The translations under genes and the position numbers were made by a program. Source: Escherichia phage vb_EcoM-VR5. Taken from it: DNA of 64,000 nt. This document shows positions 1-8,895 of this stretch, one piece after another. Numbering within the stretch: position 1 is the stretch's first letter; every line of letters starts with the position of its first letter. The notes beneath the pieces were generated by a model. It made no database searches and was not told the origin of the DNA. It saw only the letters and a list, made by a program, of their open reading frames with translations. The DNA is taken from sequence record NC_028881.1. One strand, written 5' to 3'.

Positions 1-1
1 G

Positions 2-2212
2 TTAAGCCGCTTCCACGGCTTTCATGAATTTAACGATTTGAGCTACAGAAGCCTCGGTAATGGATGTTCCACGACGATACATATAGTCTGAAACTAAATG
101 GTAATCAGATTCAAACTGTACAGTCATTTTATCATTGTTGTTTGAAGCATTATTGGATAACGTATTGAACGTTGTGTTACAGATTTTCTTGATAACAGAA
201 AGTTTGTCATCAGTGATATACCCATGGAAATTCATATAACGGAATATATCATAGAAATTACTCAGACGAGTATACGCTTCAGACACCGGCTTATCGCTGA
301 AATACTTAGTCATAAACCCAAGCTCAGGGAACTTAGCAATGATTTCAAGATAATACCGGGCACGGGTATTGCTACCGATATAATCATCAATATCTACAGC
401 ATCTAATGCTTCAGCATAAGCTTCTAATGTGGCTTCCATCAGGCATTCGCACTGGCCCAACTTTTTAATCTTTTTGGCAATCTGAGGACGAATGATATGG
501 AATTCGGTAATACCTAACAAATTAGCCATACGAGTCATTGTAGTGGTGTTGATATCAAAGATACCATAAGCTTCATCCATTCCTAGGATATCAGAACGAC
601 TACCGAACAGCACATAACCTGAAATCTCTTCAGCTTCAGCCGCAGTCAAATACATTGTCTCTGTTTGCCAGCGCCCGTCTTTAATGAACCAACGATAAGC
701 ACTTGGTGTTTTAGGACGAGGTTCGGATGAACGAACAGTAACCGGAATCCATGGCTTAGCAATTTTATTCAGTTCCGAGACTTTATAAAAATGAATTGTA
801 TCACCTTTAAAAAGGGCTTTAACTTTTTCAAGTTGCTGCATTTGCAGCATTGAATTCGGGTCAACAAAAATAAGGTCTGTCCCGTATTTAGGAATATTAT
901 GCTCTTTAACAATTTTCTTGGCCGAAGCGCTGTTGTCCATTGCTAGCGCCCATAGACCTCGAACCAGAGGCACACGACCCTTTTCGTCATCATAAACAAC
1001 ATGGATTTCTTTCTTATTAATGCCTAATAAGCCACTAAGTCCTGCCACAGAAGAAGTATTACCACTTGACTTAATTCGTTTTAAACGCGGGTCCATACAA
1101 ACTTCGTAAACAACACCCAAATTAATAAGGTCGTTTTGAAGCGTATAACGTTGGTACAATTTCTCGTATGTTAATTTTTCAGTTGTGAACTGTTTAGTAA
1201 CACCTCTTTTAGAAAGGTATTCACGAGCACTATAGCCTAGGTTTGAAAGGTCGCGATAAACATGACGCGGATTATCAGATTCGACCCATTCCTGTGTATC
1301 GTTTTTAAAGACCACTGCATCTAGGGCTTCAATACGGGTTGCAATATTTTCCATAGTACGCTTATCAAGCGACAACGCTTCACGAGATGGAGCAATATCT
1401 AATGAACCCATAGGGAACTTAATATAAACTACATCATGACGAGTACGCATCCATGTGCCTTTGTTATAGGCGGAATCTAATGGATAAACAATACCACCAT
1501 AAACAGCATAAAGTCCTGAACGTTCAAAATCACCGTAGCCTGTATCAGTTACTGAATGGTAGTCTTCGAACTCAGGAAAATAATTAACTTCGGCCCCATC
1601 GACATCACCCAGTCCAATGAAAGGACGCATGATATAACGAATTTCAGTTTCAAACTTACGGAAATCTTCTTCATCAACAGGAACAGTGATTTCAATACCT
1701 GTTTTATCACCTGGCTGCATCGGTTCAACGAATGTAGGTTTAATCTGGGGACCATCACCATCCATATAAGCTACATAACCACGGACTTCACCGTTATGCC
1801 ATGAAGTAATATTAAACGTTTCTGTATAACTGAATGGAGATTTCGAACCAAGACCAAAGCCACCAATGAAATCGTTAGAAGCTGTTTTGGATGAAGCGAA
1901 ATAAGAGTTATACAAACCGGTTTCGTTTTCATCACCGCGAATCTGGAAATCACTCATACCCGGACCGAAGTCACGGCATACGAAACGTGGGTCAAGCTTA
2001 CCAGGAACCTGTACTTTCCAACGTTCTTTATTACCATTCAGAATATGGGCATCAATCATGTTGGTGATTAGTTCACGAACTACAGCACGTACCTTATTAC
2101 TATAAAGGTCTGATGACAAAATTTTAAAGACCTTAGGAGACGCCTGGATAGTAAAGCCTGTGGACTTAGAGCCGTTACCGATGATTTGTTCTTTTTCAGT
2201 TTCAATAATCAT
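2..2212 (-). CDS. rIIA: rIIA protein (C-terminal end runs past window start)
   Basis: 736-aa ORF open to window edge; N-terminal GHKL-ATPase-like region; sits immediately downstream of the topo II gene as in T4. Confidence 0.85.
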   Translation of the reverse strand: MIIETEKEQIIGNGSKSTGFTIQASPKVFKILSSDLYSNKVRAVVRELITNMIDAHILNGNKERWKVQVPGKLDPRFVCRDFGPGMSDFQIRGDENETGLYNSYFASSKTASNDFIGGFGLGSKSPFSYTETFNITSWHNGEVRGYVAYMDGDGPQIKPTFVEPMQPGDKTGIEITVPVDEEDFRKFETEIRYIMRPFIGLGDVDGAEVNYFPEFEDYHSVTDTGYGDFERSGLYAVYGGIVYPLDSAYNKGTWMRTRHDVVYIKFPMGSLDIAPSREALSLDKRTMENIATRIEALDAVVFKNDTQEWVESDNPRHVYRDLSNLGYSAREYLSKRGVTKQFTTEKLTYEKLYQRYTLQNDLINLGVVYEVCMDPRLKRIKSSGNTSSVAGLSGLLGINKKEIHVVYDDEKGRVPLVRGLWALAMDNSASAKKIVKEHNIPKYGTDLIFVDPNSMLQMQQLEKVKALFKGDTIHFYKVSELNKIAKPWIPVTVRSSEPRPKTPSAYRWFIKDGRWQTETMYLTAAEAEEISGYVLFGSRSDILGMDEAYGIFDINTTTMTRMANLLGITEFHIIRPQIAKKIKKLGQCECLMEATLEAYAEALDAVDIDDYIGSNTRARYYLEIIAKFPELGFMTKYFSDKPVSEAYTRLSNFYDIFRYMNFHGYITDDKLSVIKKICNTTFNTLSNNASNNNDKMTVQFESDYHLVSDYMYRRGTSITEASVAQIVKFMKAVEAA

Positions 2213-2219
2213 ATTTTTC

Positions 2220-2423
2220 TCAATTCAGATTACGTTTAAAAATATCTGCTACTTCAAGGAGCTCGTCCTTAGTAGCGATGTCGTTGAGTATTTTATACCG
2301 TATTTCCTTAAAGCGTTCTTTAAAATCTTCAGCCGCATTGATATCAAAAAATCTCTGGATTAGCCGGAATTCTTTGTGGACTGCTTTATCAAACAAATCA
2401 ATATTGACTTTAAAGTTTGTCAT
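2220..2423 (-). CDS. hypothetical protein (67 aa)
   Basis: ORF in tight minus-strand operon between topo gene and rIIA. Confidence 0.45.
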   Translation of the reverse strand: MTNFKVNIDLFDKAVHKEFRLIQRFFDINAAEDFKERFKEIRYKILNDIATKDELLEVADIFKRNLN

Positions 2424-2733
2424 TTTTAACTACCTCATGTTGAACATATTCTCTGGTAGAACCTAGTTCAGCCAGAATTCTTCTCATAGAACCCATTGTG
2501 CTTTTGTGCTCTCTGTGGCGATACATTATCTCTAAAACCTTTTCCTGGACAACAGGAGAGAGCGCCTGGTTATCTTTAATCTTTAAGGCAATAGATTTTA
2601 CAGCCTTGAGATATTCGAGACCCTTGCCGCTTGTAATCACTATTCCTTCATCTCTACAATTGCGAATTGCAGTCTCCATAAAAGACAAGGCCAAGTTGTC
2701 GGTGTTCACTATACTATTATCTTGCATAATCAT
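2410..2733 (-). CDS. hypothetical protein (107 aa)
   Basis: ORF with RBS AAGAGGTGA upstream of ATG; preceded by promoter-like and terminator-like elements. Confidence 0.6.
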   Translation of the reverse strand: MIMQDNSIVNTDNLALSFMETAIRNCRDEGIVITSGKGLEYLKAVKSIALKIKDNQALSPVVQEKVLEIMYRHREHKSTMGSMRRILAELGSTREYVQHEVVKNDKL

Positions 2734-2751
2734 ATTATCACCTCTTAGAGA

Positions 2752-2781
2752 ATCATATCACACTTTTAATCGGTTGTAAAC
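2752..2781 (-). promoter_or_regulatory. early-type sigma70 promoter (-35 GTTTAC, -10 TATGAT)
   Basis: motif upstream of ORF 2410-2733. Confidence 0.4.
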
Positions 2782-2805
2782 CCCGAAAAGGGCCTTGCGG
2801 CCCTT
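2782..2805 (-). terminator. rho-independent terminator (GNRA-loop hairpin + U tract)
   Basis: aagggcc-gcaa-ggccctt followed by TTTT on minus strand. Confidence 0.5.
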
Positions 2806-3011
2806 AATTAGTTGCTTGAATCGACTCTATAAACTTGACCACTGGTTTGGTAAACTTCGCCGTCCCACGTTTCAACTGTGATAGTAACGTACTCTGCAAA
2901 AAGAGGACGTGTATCTGTCCAGAGATAACCATATTCACCTGTGACGAGCGTAACCCAGTACTTTCTCATAAAGTCTCCTTTTATACGGCACTCATGTACC
3001 GTACGTATTTA

Positions 3012-4829
3012 TTACGACATCCAAGCCTTACGAAGCTGTGGGTCGTTTCCAAGGAGCATTTCGAACTGGTCTTTCCAATCTTCAGGTAATTGGACTACAT
3101 CAAATTTAGGGTCTTGAATCATTCGGCGGTATTCAGCTTTCTCAAGAGAACCGAGACCTTTGATATAACGAATAGAATGTTTAGGCAACTTATCCTTAGC
3201 TTCATTATAAGACGGAACATCATAGAACCATTCCTGTTCTTTACCAACCTGCGCAATAATTACCGGAGTTTTACAGAAACGAATTCGTCCCTGTTCGAAC
3301 AATTCAGGCCATTGGCTAAAGAAGGCTAATAACGAAGGATAAATCGAACCAGTACCATCCACATCAGCGTCAGTCATGATAGCGATATTATGATAGTTGG
3401 TTTTATTTGCAGGTTCGCCAATAATTAATCCTGTGATTGCACAGATATCAAATAGTTCCTTGTTCTTCATGATATCAGCAGCAGTCATACCCCAGGTATT
3501 CATAACCTTACCGCGTAATGGATAACCACCTTGGAGGTCTTTATTACGAACTTCAATGAAAGGACCCATTGCAGAATCACCTTCGGTTAAGAACAGAGTC
3601 GTATCAGCATCTTTGCCGTACATATTGGCTTTAATATGCTTATGGACCTTGGCTTTAGAAGCTTTCTTAGCAGCTTTAGTTTCGGCTGCCTTTTCAGCTG
3701 CTAATTTACGTGCTAAAGCGGCTTCGATAATAGGCATAATCAACCCATCAACTTTAAGAATAGCTTGAGCAATTTTCTTAGCATCAATTTGGATATGATT
3801 ACGAATCTCGCCAAATGGAGAGGTCAAACGTTCTTTAGTCTGGGAATCAAAACGCATATTGCTCATATCACGAATGAACATAACCATAGTAAGGCATTCT
3901 TTAACACGGGCCTTGGTTACTTCGATTCCACGATATTTCTTTTTAATACCTGGCAGAAGGTGCTCACAAATATCATCGAATACACATTCAACATGGTGGC
4001 CGCCATTCTTAGTATGGATATTGTTTACATACGTCAGTTGACGGAACCCGTCCGGAGAAGGAGTAAATGCCATCGAAACGTTATCAGTTTCTTGGATTAC
4101 AAAGTCTTCACCAAATTGCTTAGCATACTTTTTAAAGTTACCATCTACTTTTTTACCGTTAAAAGTAAATTGGATATCCGGATAAATTACGGCCAGTGTT
4201 TGAAGTCGGTCTAATGTAATATCCAGATAAATTTGTGACAGACTATTTTCTTCAAAATGATTAAAGTCTGGGGTGAATACAACCGAAGTACCTTTACCTT
4301 TAGATTTCTTGGTAGACCAACCTTTGTTTTCCATTCCATTGGAACAGTTAACTGTAATCTCATTCTCGCCATCAGAGGTGATGCCTGTGAACAAAACAGA
4401 GAAGATATTAGTTAAACTACTACCGACACCATTCATGCCGCCTGTCTTACGCTCTGCGTCATCTCCAAAGTTACCACCAGCCTTTGGAATAGTCCACGCA
4501 GCTACAGGGCCCGGAATCTGTTCACCGTTTTGATCGGTAACCATTGCTTGAGGAATACCACGGCCATTATCAGAAACTGAAACCTGGTTATTCTTAATTT
4601 GGACATCAATTTTATTTGCGAATTTAAAGCTTGTACGAATAGCTTCATCCACAGAGTTATCGATGATTTCGTCAATCAGTTTTACCAGCCCAGGAACATA
4701 GTTGACCTGAGTAAAATTACCGAACAGAAAACGTCCGTGAGCTTCATTAGCACTTGAACCGATATACATCCCACTACGTTTTTTGATATGTTCAATGTCG
4801 GACAGTACTTTAATTTCATTCTTAATCAT
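3012..4829 (-). CDS. 39: DNA topoisomerase II large subunit (GyrB-like; fused gene 39+60 form)
   Basis: 605-aa ORF; GHKL ATPase and TOPRIM-type motifs; RBS GAGGAAA; length fits fused 39/60 as in phages lacking the gene 60 bypass. Confidence 0.9.
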   Translation of the reverse strand: MIKNEIKVLSDIEHIKKRSGMYIGSSANEAHGRFLFGNFTQVNYVPGLVKLIDEIIDNSVDEAIRTSFKFANKIDVQIKNNQVSVSDNGRGIPQAMVTDQNGEQIPGPVAAWTIPKAGGNFGDDAERKTGGMNGVGSSLTNIFSVLFTGITSDGENEITVNCSNGMENKGWSTKKSKGKGTSVVFTPDFNHFEENSLSQIYLDITLDRLQTLAVIYPDIQFTFNGKKVDGNFKKYAKQFGEDFVIQETDNVSMAFTPSPDGFRQLTYVNNIHTKNGGHHVECVFDDICEHLLPGIKKKYRGIEVTKARVKECLTMVMFIRDMSNMRFDSQTKERLTSPFGEIRNHIQIDAKKIAQAILKVDGLIMPIIEAALARKLAAEKAAETKAAKKASKAKVHKHIKANMYGKDADTTLFLTEGDSAMGPFIEVRNKDLQGGYPLRGKVMNTWGMTAADIMKNKELFDICAITGLIIGEPANKTNYHNIAIMTDADVDGTGSIYPSLLAFFSQWPELFEQGRIRFCKTPVIIAQVGKEQEWFYDVPSYNEAKDKLPKHSIRYIKGLGSLEKAEYRRMIQDPKFDVVQLPEDWKDQFEMLLGNDPQLRKAWMS

Positions 4830-4853
4830 GTTATTTCCTCATGTAGTGGAAGA

Positions 4854-4880
4854 ATTATATCCCAAGCTATTAAAAGCAAA
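4854..4880 (-). promoter_or_regulatory. MotA-box middle promoter upstream of gene 39
   Basis: TTTGCTTTTA box, 11-nt spacer, -10 TATAAT. Confidence 0.5.
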
Positions 4881-4896
4881 AAGGGCCGAAGCCCTT
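4872..4896 (-). terminator. rho-independent terminator (UUCG-loop hairpin + U tract)
   Basis: aagggc-ttcg-gccctt + TTTTTGCTTTT. Confidence 0.6.
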
Positions 4897-5164
4897 ATTC
4901 AAATCGAATGGTGGAGTTTTTGAACAGTAGCCCAGAGCACACGGTACCTTTAACAGTTTTACCTGTAGGACCGACAGCAATGAATCCTGTACGTTGGAAG
5001 TCATCTTCAGAACACCCAAACAAACTATAACCGGTGATTTGGATTTGCTCAAAACCATTGGCATTCAAAACCTTAGTAGCATTATCAGCGTCAGTACACC
5101 CGACCAGCGAAAAAGCAAGAACCAGTGCAGCAATAGTACGATTTACGTATTTCATATTTCTCAC
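4895..5164 (-). CDS. putative lipoprotein (89 aa)
   Basis: signal peptide with lipobox LVGC. Confidence 0.6.
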   Translation of the reverse strand: MRNMKYVNRTIAALVLAFSLVGCTDADNATKVLNANGFEQIQITGYSLFGCSEDDFQRTGFIAVGPTGKTVKGTVCSGLLFKNSTIRFE

Positions 5165-5334
5165 TTAAGCAGGTCGTAGAACCCGCCGTTAACATGTTTA
5201 GGAGCAGAGACTAGCCGAACAGCCAGCCGATGGCAATCAGGACAAACATCATTATCTCTTTCAGAGATTTTCTTGATTTTTTCGTATTCTTTCGCACAGT
5301 CTTCAGATTGGCATTTGTAATCATAAAGTGGCAT
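5161..5334 (-). CDS. FmdB-type zinc-ribbon protein (57 aa)
   Basis: hand-translated small ORF MPLYDYKCQSEDC...CPDCHRL with CxxC...CxxC; RBS AAGGAA; not in >=60 aa track. Confidence 0.5.
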   Translation of the reverse strand: MPLYDYKCQSEDCAKEYEKIKKISERDNDVCPDCHRLAVRLVSAPKHVNGGFYDLLK

Positions 5335-5335
5335 A

Positions 5336-5731
5336 TTATTCCTTAAAGTGTGCTTTCAACATCTGGAAAACTGACCAGGCTTCTTCATTATTACTAATGG
5401 TGATTTTAGTCAATGGGAATGCAGTGATTTCTGGAGCTTCAGTTTCTTCATCGTCAGGTACACCATCTTCAGCCCATTCTTCATCACAGTCAACTTCGAC
5501 CATTTCGGTAAAGAATTTACGCTCAGTGGGATATAAAATCATGTCTTTATTATCGCCATAAGCTAGGTCTACGTTAGTCACATTACCTGCTGTGATAGTC
5601 CTTGGACAAAAACCTTCAGCTTCAATAATAGCATCCGCTATACCGCTATTGTTGATAACTCTACGACGGAATTCCGCTTCAGACACCTCATCTTTAAAAT
5701 AATACCACTTACCAACTTCAAATTTAGACAT
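5336..5731 (-). CDS. hypothetical protein (131 aa; start trimmed to ATG with RBS GGAAGGAGA)
   Basis: ORF; track N-terminus overlaps upstream gene, internal ATG at 5731 has strong RBS. Confidence 0.6.
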   Translation of the reverse strand: MSKFEVGKWYYFKDEVSEAEFRRRVINNSGIADAIIEAEGFCPRTITAGNVTNVDLAYGDNKDMILYPTERKFFTEMVEVDCDEEWAEDGVPDDEETEAPEITAFPLTKITISNNEEAWSVFQMLKAHFKE

Positions 5732-5942
5732 TGTAAGTCTCCTTCCAGAAGTCTGGACCAATTGAACTGATTTCACGGAACACACCGTAAATAGGATTTT
5801 TATCATCTTGATTTTCGTACACATAAACTGAAGTCAAGTGAGAGCGAGCATCAGAGTGTTCTTTCTGTACTACAACCAAATCTGGATTGAACAGAACGTC
5901 TTCAAATTCTTCACGGGTCGAGTTCACGGTAACTTTAGCCAT
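5724..5942 (-). CDS. hypothetical protein (72 aa)
   Basis: ORF with RBS GAGGAAA; promoter motif upstream. Confidence 0.55.
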   Translation of the reverse strand: MAKVTVNSTREEFEDVLFNPDLVVVQKEHSDARSHLTSVYVYENQDDKNPIYGVFREISSIGPDFWKETYNV

Positions 5943-5967
5943 TTTATTTTCCTCATCTACACTTGTT

Positions 5968-6009
5968 TTTGATAGGGTAATCTTATCACTACCCTATCTT
6001 GTTGTACAC
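5968..6009 (-). promoter_or_regulatory. early-promoter family member (variant)
   Basis: GTGTAC ... TAAGAT with gatagggta/taccctatc inverted repeat. Confidence 0.4.
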
Positions 6010-6022
6010 TACTTTTTAAACT

Positions 6023-6589
6023 TTACGCACGATGAATATTAGCATACTCAACAATAAAGCTTTCAGGAACTACCTTAAAGGTTCCAGTGAATACGATGTT
6101 ATAAAGCTTAACACCTTCTTCAACCCACTGGTCGGTGATGTAGCCAGACATGCTAGTAGTTTCGTAAGTACCAAACGGTTCATCAGTGTATTCAAAAGGC
6201 TTAGGAGAAACGAAAAAGACACCAGCACCTAATTTCCATTTAAAATCAACACCAACATGAGACAGGTCAATGGTTTCAACTTCTTGAGCCACTACACCAC
6301 GAATATCATTGCTTTCGCACACATACCCATCGTGTGATTCAACTTCTTCAACCACAGGAGCGACACGTCCAGTAAATTCAGTTGATTCTAGGAATTTAGC
6401 ACGAACGTAAGCAAATTGTGTTTCTGTCTGACCATTTTTAGGAATAATACGTACTTTTACTTCAGCGTTTTCAAGTCTGACACCTTCTTTAAGTTGAATA
6501 CTAACAACTTCAACTAAACAGCCTGCGGCTTTTGAACGAGATTGTTTGGATACGCGAACGATACCGCCGATATCTGAAATAGTAATCAT
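6023..6589 (-). CDS. hypothetical protein (188 aa), C-terminal domain paralogous to next gene
   Basis: ORF; C-terminus ITDQWVEEGVKLYNIVFTGTFKVVPESF resembles C-terminus of ORF 6663-7412. Confidence 0.65.
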   Translation of the reverse strand: MITISDIGGIVRVSKQSRSKAAGCLVEVVSIQLKEGVRLENAEVKVRIIPKNGQTETQFAYVRAKFLESTEFTGRVAPVVEEVESHDGYVCESNDIRGVVAQEVETIDLSHVGVDFKWKLGAGVFFVSPKPFEYTDEPFGTYETTSMSGYITDQWVEEGVKLYNIVFTGTFKVVPESFIVEYANIHRA

Positions 6590-6620
6590 AATTTTTCTCT
6601 CTTGGTTAAAGGTTTATTCT

Positions 6621-6660
6621 CCATGAGAGCCATTATAACATGGCTCTCGATAAAGTAAAC
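6621..6660 (-). promoter_or_regulatory. early promoter (-35 GTTTAC, 17 nt, -10 TATAAT)
   Basis: consensus hexamers; gagagccat/atggctctc inverted repeat around -10. Confidence 0.55.
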
Positions 6661-6662
6661 TA

Positions 6663-7412
6663 TTAGTTCAAAACATTCACAACTGCACTACGAGGTACTA
6701 CACTAAAATCACCAGCATGGACAACATTCAGAAGCTCAACGCCATCTTCAATCCATTGGTCTGTTACCCACCCACAGATAGGATTATCAAAAGGACGACG
6801 GACGCTTACTGGCTTACACAACAAATCGGTAGGGTCTTGTTCGACTTCGACTTCACGGAAAAGGCCGAATTCAGCTTCGTAAACCAGGATTTTCTCTATT
6901 TTGTTATTGTCTAAACGACGGCCGTGGATGACGTAAGATTTAGTAAACCAGTTACTTTTTGTAAAGTCTTCAACAATAAATTCGCCTTCGCCAAAAACAT
7001 CAGTCAGAGTTTTATGACCGGAAATCAAGGCATTAGTTTTAATTTCAGGTTCAACCAGTTTGTAGGTTTTGCCGATTTCAATAGCGATAGTCATAGTTGT
7101 TTCCTTAATTTCCAGTGGTTTAACAGGGCATACATAAGTGCTTACAACATCAAAATCGATAAGCTGCTTTGGAGCTAAACGAATAAAGGCAGCCATTTCT
7201 CGTTGCGACAATCGAATAGTATGTATATCCGGAACACCACATTCTTGAACTGTTACAGATTTAATATTATCAAGCTCATCAGGTCCAATAGAAAGAATAC
7301 GGAACTCGTTGCCTTTAGTCATCTTTTTAAGGAGGTCATAAGCTTGGTTGTAGAGCTTAAGTTCAGAGTACGGGGTAACGATGTATTTGGCATTCAGATC
7401 GAAAGTATTCAT
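6663..7412 (-). CDS. hypothetical protein (249 aa), C-terminal domain paralogous to previous gene
   Basis: ORF; C-terminus VTDQWIEDGVELLNVVHAGDFSVVPRSA. Confidence 0.65.
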   Translation of the reverse strand: MNTFDLNAKYIVTPYSELKLYNQAYDLLKKMTKGNEFRILSIGPDELDNIKSVTVQECGVPDIHTIRLSQREMAAFIRLAPKQLIDFDVVSTYVCPVKPLEIKETTMTIAIEIGKTYKLVEPEIKTNALISGHKTLTDVFGEGEFIVEDFTKSNWFTKSYVIHGRRLDNNKIEKILVYEAEFGLFREVEVEQDPTDLLCKPVSVRRPFDNPICGWVTDQWIEDGVELLNVVHAGDFSVVPRSAVVNVLN

Positions 7413-7918
7413 AATTGTCTCATTTCAATAAAATCTACGAGTTCAGCATGGGATTTGCGGAACATTACTTGGTGGTCACCAATGACAACCTCATCTTCAG
7501 GTATTTCGTAAACGGCAAGATAGAATCCTTTAGAAGATAATTCTTCTCGCTCTTCACGACTGAACCAGCGCATCATATCATACTCGCTGGCAAAAGCAAA
7601 ATGATAGAGATGAACAAACCAACTAGGTATATAGTTATCTACACCATTATAATCAGGGCGACCCCACTTAGTATTAATTGCTCTATTAGAATTCGCAACC
7701 AACAATTTATCTTGGGATGGTACCGGGATATTTTTAGTATTGCTATGGTGGTGTCTAAAATCAGGTTTATTATAACCCGCTTCTAATAACCATCCTTCAC
7801 TCCACTCGTCGAATAATCCGCTATATGGTGTTAACTGACGACTCGCCTGTCGGGTGATTGTGATACCGTTTCTGTCATCTAAAACACTGAATGATGATTC
7901 AACTCTATAAATTTTCAT
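7409..7918 (-). CDS. hypothetical protein (169 aa)
   Basis: ORF with promoter motif and RBS GAGGAGAA upstream; ATGA overlap with downstream gene. Confidence 0.65.
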   Translation of the reverse strand: MKIYRVESSFSVLDDRNGITITRQASRQLTPYSGLFDEWSEGWLLEAGYNKPDFRHHHSNTKNIPVPSQDKLLVANSNRAINTKWGRPDYNGVDNYIPSWFVHLYHFAFASEYDMMRWFSREEREELSSKGFYLAVYEIPEDEVVIGDHQVMFRKSHAELVDFIEMRQL

Positions 7919-7931
7919 TTTGTTCTCCTCA

Positions 7932-7972
7932 TGTTGATAGGGCTATAGTATCATGTCATGAGGAGAAGTAAA
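7932..7972 (-). promoter_or_regulatory. early promoter family member with SD/anti-SD inverted repeat
   Basis: GTTTAC...TGATACTATAGCCCTATCAAC; ttctcctcatg / catgaggagaa. Confidence 0.55.
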
Positions 7973-7977
7973 CACTT

Positions 7978-8652
7978 TTATCGATTTTTTACACTCAAAG
8001 GGTCTGGATTCTCAGGGACATCTTCCAGGCTTAAAGCGTATCGTTGGGCGTATTTAAGCATCAAGATATCCTTGGCACAGTCATGGATAGAGTCGTGAGC
8101 TACGAATCCTTTCAATGTTCCATTAGGCAGAGGACACATGCTTAATCCACGAGTCAACGAGTACGCTTCAATAGCAGTACGGATATCACGTTGGTTCCAG
8201 AATTTAACAGGTTCTAACTTAGAGGTATCGATTTCATTCTCAGGAACACCTTCAGAACGGTACGCATCACGGATTAGGTCGACCAAGATTGGAAAATCAA
8301 AGGACATTCCACGACACCACATCTGGGATTTCCATTGGTCTACTTCGTTTTTGCGACAGTATTCTAAGAAGTTACCAAGCCCAATAGAAGTAGACACATC
8401 AATTTCAGACGGAGCCAGGTTTTTACGTGCTTCAGGCCCTTGCTCTTTCCACCATTGGAGGGTGCTTTTAGAGAACAGACGTTTATCGCGCTGAGAAGCA
8501 AGGTCAAATTTAATACGAAGGCCGCGTTGAGTAAGCTCTTCAAATGATTCTACTACTTCTGGATTAGGGTCATAAGCAATTACGGCAAGGTCAATAACAG
8601 CTGCATTCTGGGTAGTAGCAAAGGTTTCAAAGTCAATAATTATATCTTTCAT
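7978..8652 (-). CDS. dexA: exonuclease A (DEDDh 3'-5' exonuclease)
   Basis: 224-aa ORF; N-terminal IIDFET motif; size and position as T4 dexA. Confidence 0.8.
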   Translation of the reverse strand: MKDIIIDFETFATTQNAAVIDLAVIAYDPNPEVVESFEELTQRGLRIKFDLASQRDKRLFSKSTLQWWKEQGPEARKNLAPSEIDVSTSIGLGNFLEYCRKNEVDQWKSQMWCRGMSFDFPILVDLIRDAYRSEGVPENEIDTSKLEPVKFWNQRDIRTAIEAYSLTRGLSMCPLPNGTLKGFVAHDSIHDCAKDILMLKYAQRYALSLEDVPENPDPLSVKNR

Positions 8653-8888
8653 TTAATGTACCTCATAAGGTCCCTGATTTGGCCAATGGTGTAGTCTTCA
8701 ATATAAACCGAAGAGATATTGTCGTCCATCAGATTTTGCACTGCAATAAAATCACTTTCAATCTCTTTAAGTGAATGCAAGACCTTATGGGCCTTGCCAC
8801 AGATATTTGTATCGTCCTGGTTGACCTTAATAATATATTCTGTTTCAAATTTCAACTTATAAAACTGGTCTTTAGTTACTTTAATCAT
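8649..8888 (-). CDS. hypothetical protein (79 aa; start at ATG with RBS GAGGAAA)
   Basis: ORF; trimmed start avoids overlap with dda. Confidence 0.5.
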   Translation of the reverse strand: MIKVTKDQFYKLKFETEYIIKVNQDDTNICGKAHKVLHSLKEIESDFIAVQNLMDDNISSVYIEDYTIGQIRDLMRYIK

Positions 8889-8895
8889 ATTTTCC

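Noticed and set aside
224-406. Plus-strand ORFs nested inside large minus-strand genes (e.g. 224-406, 1556-1804, 10022-10246, 21702-22118, 32080-32442, 51175-51765)
   Set aside because: They lie antisense within well-supported conserved genes, lack Shine-Dalgarno sequences and have low-complexity or odd composition; treated as six-frame artefacts.
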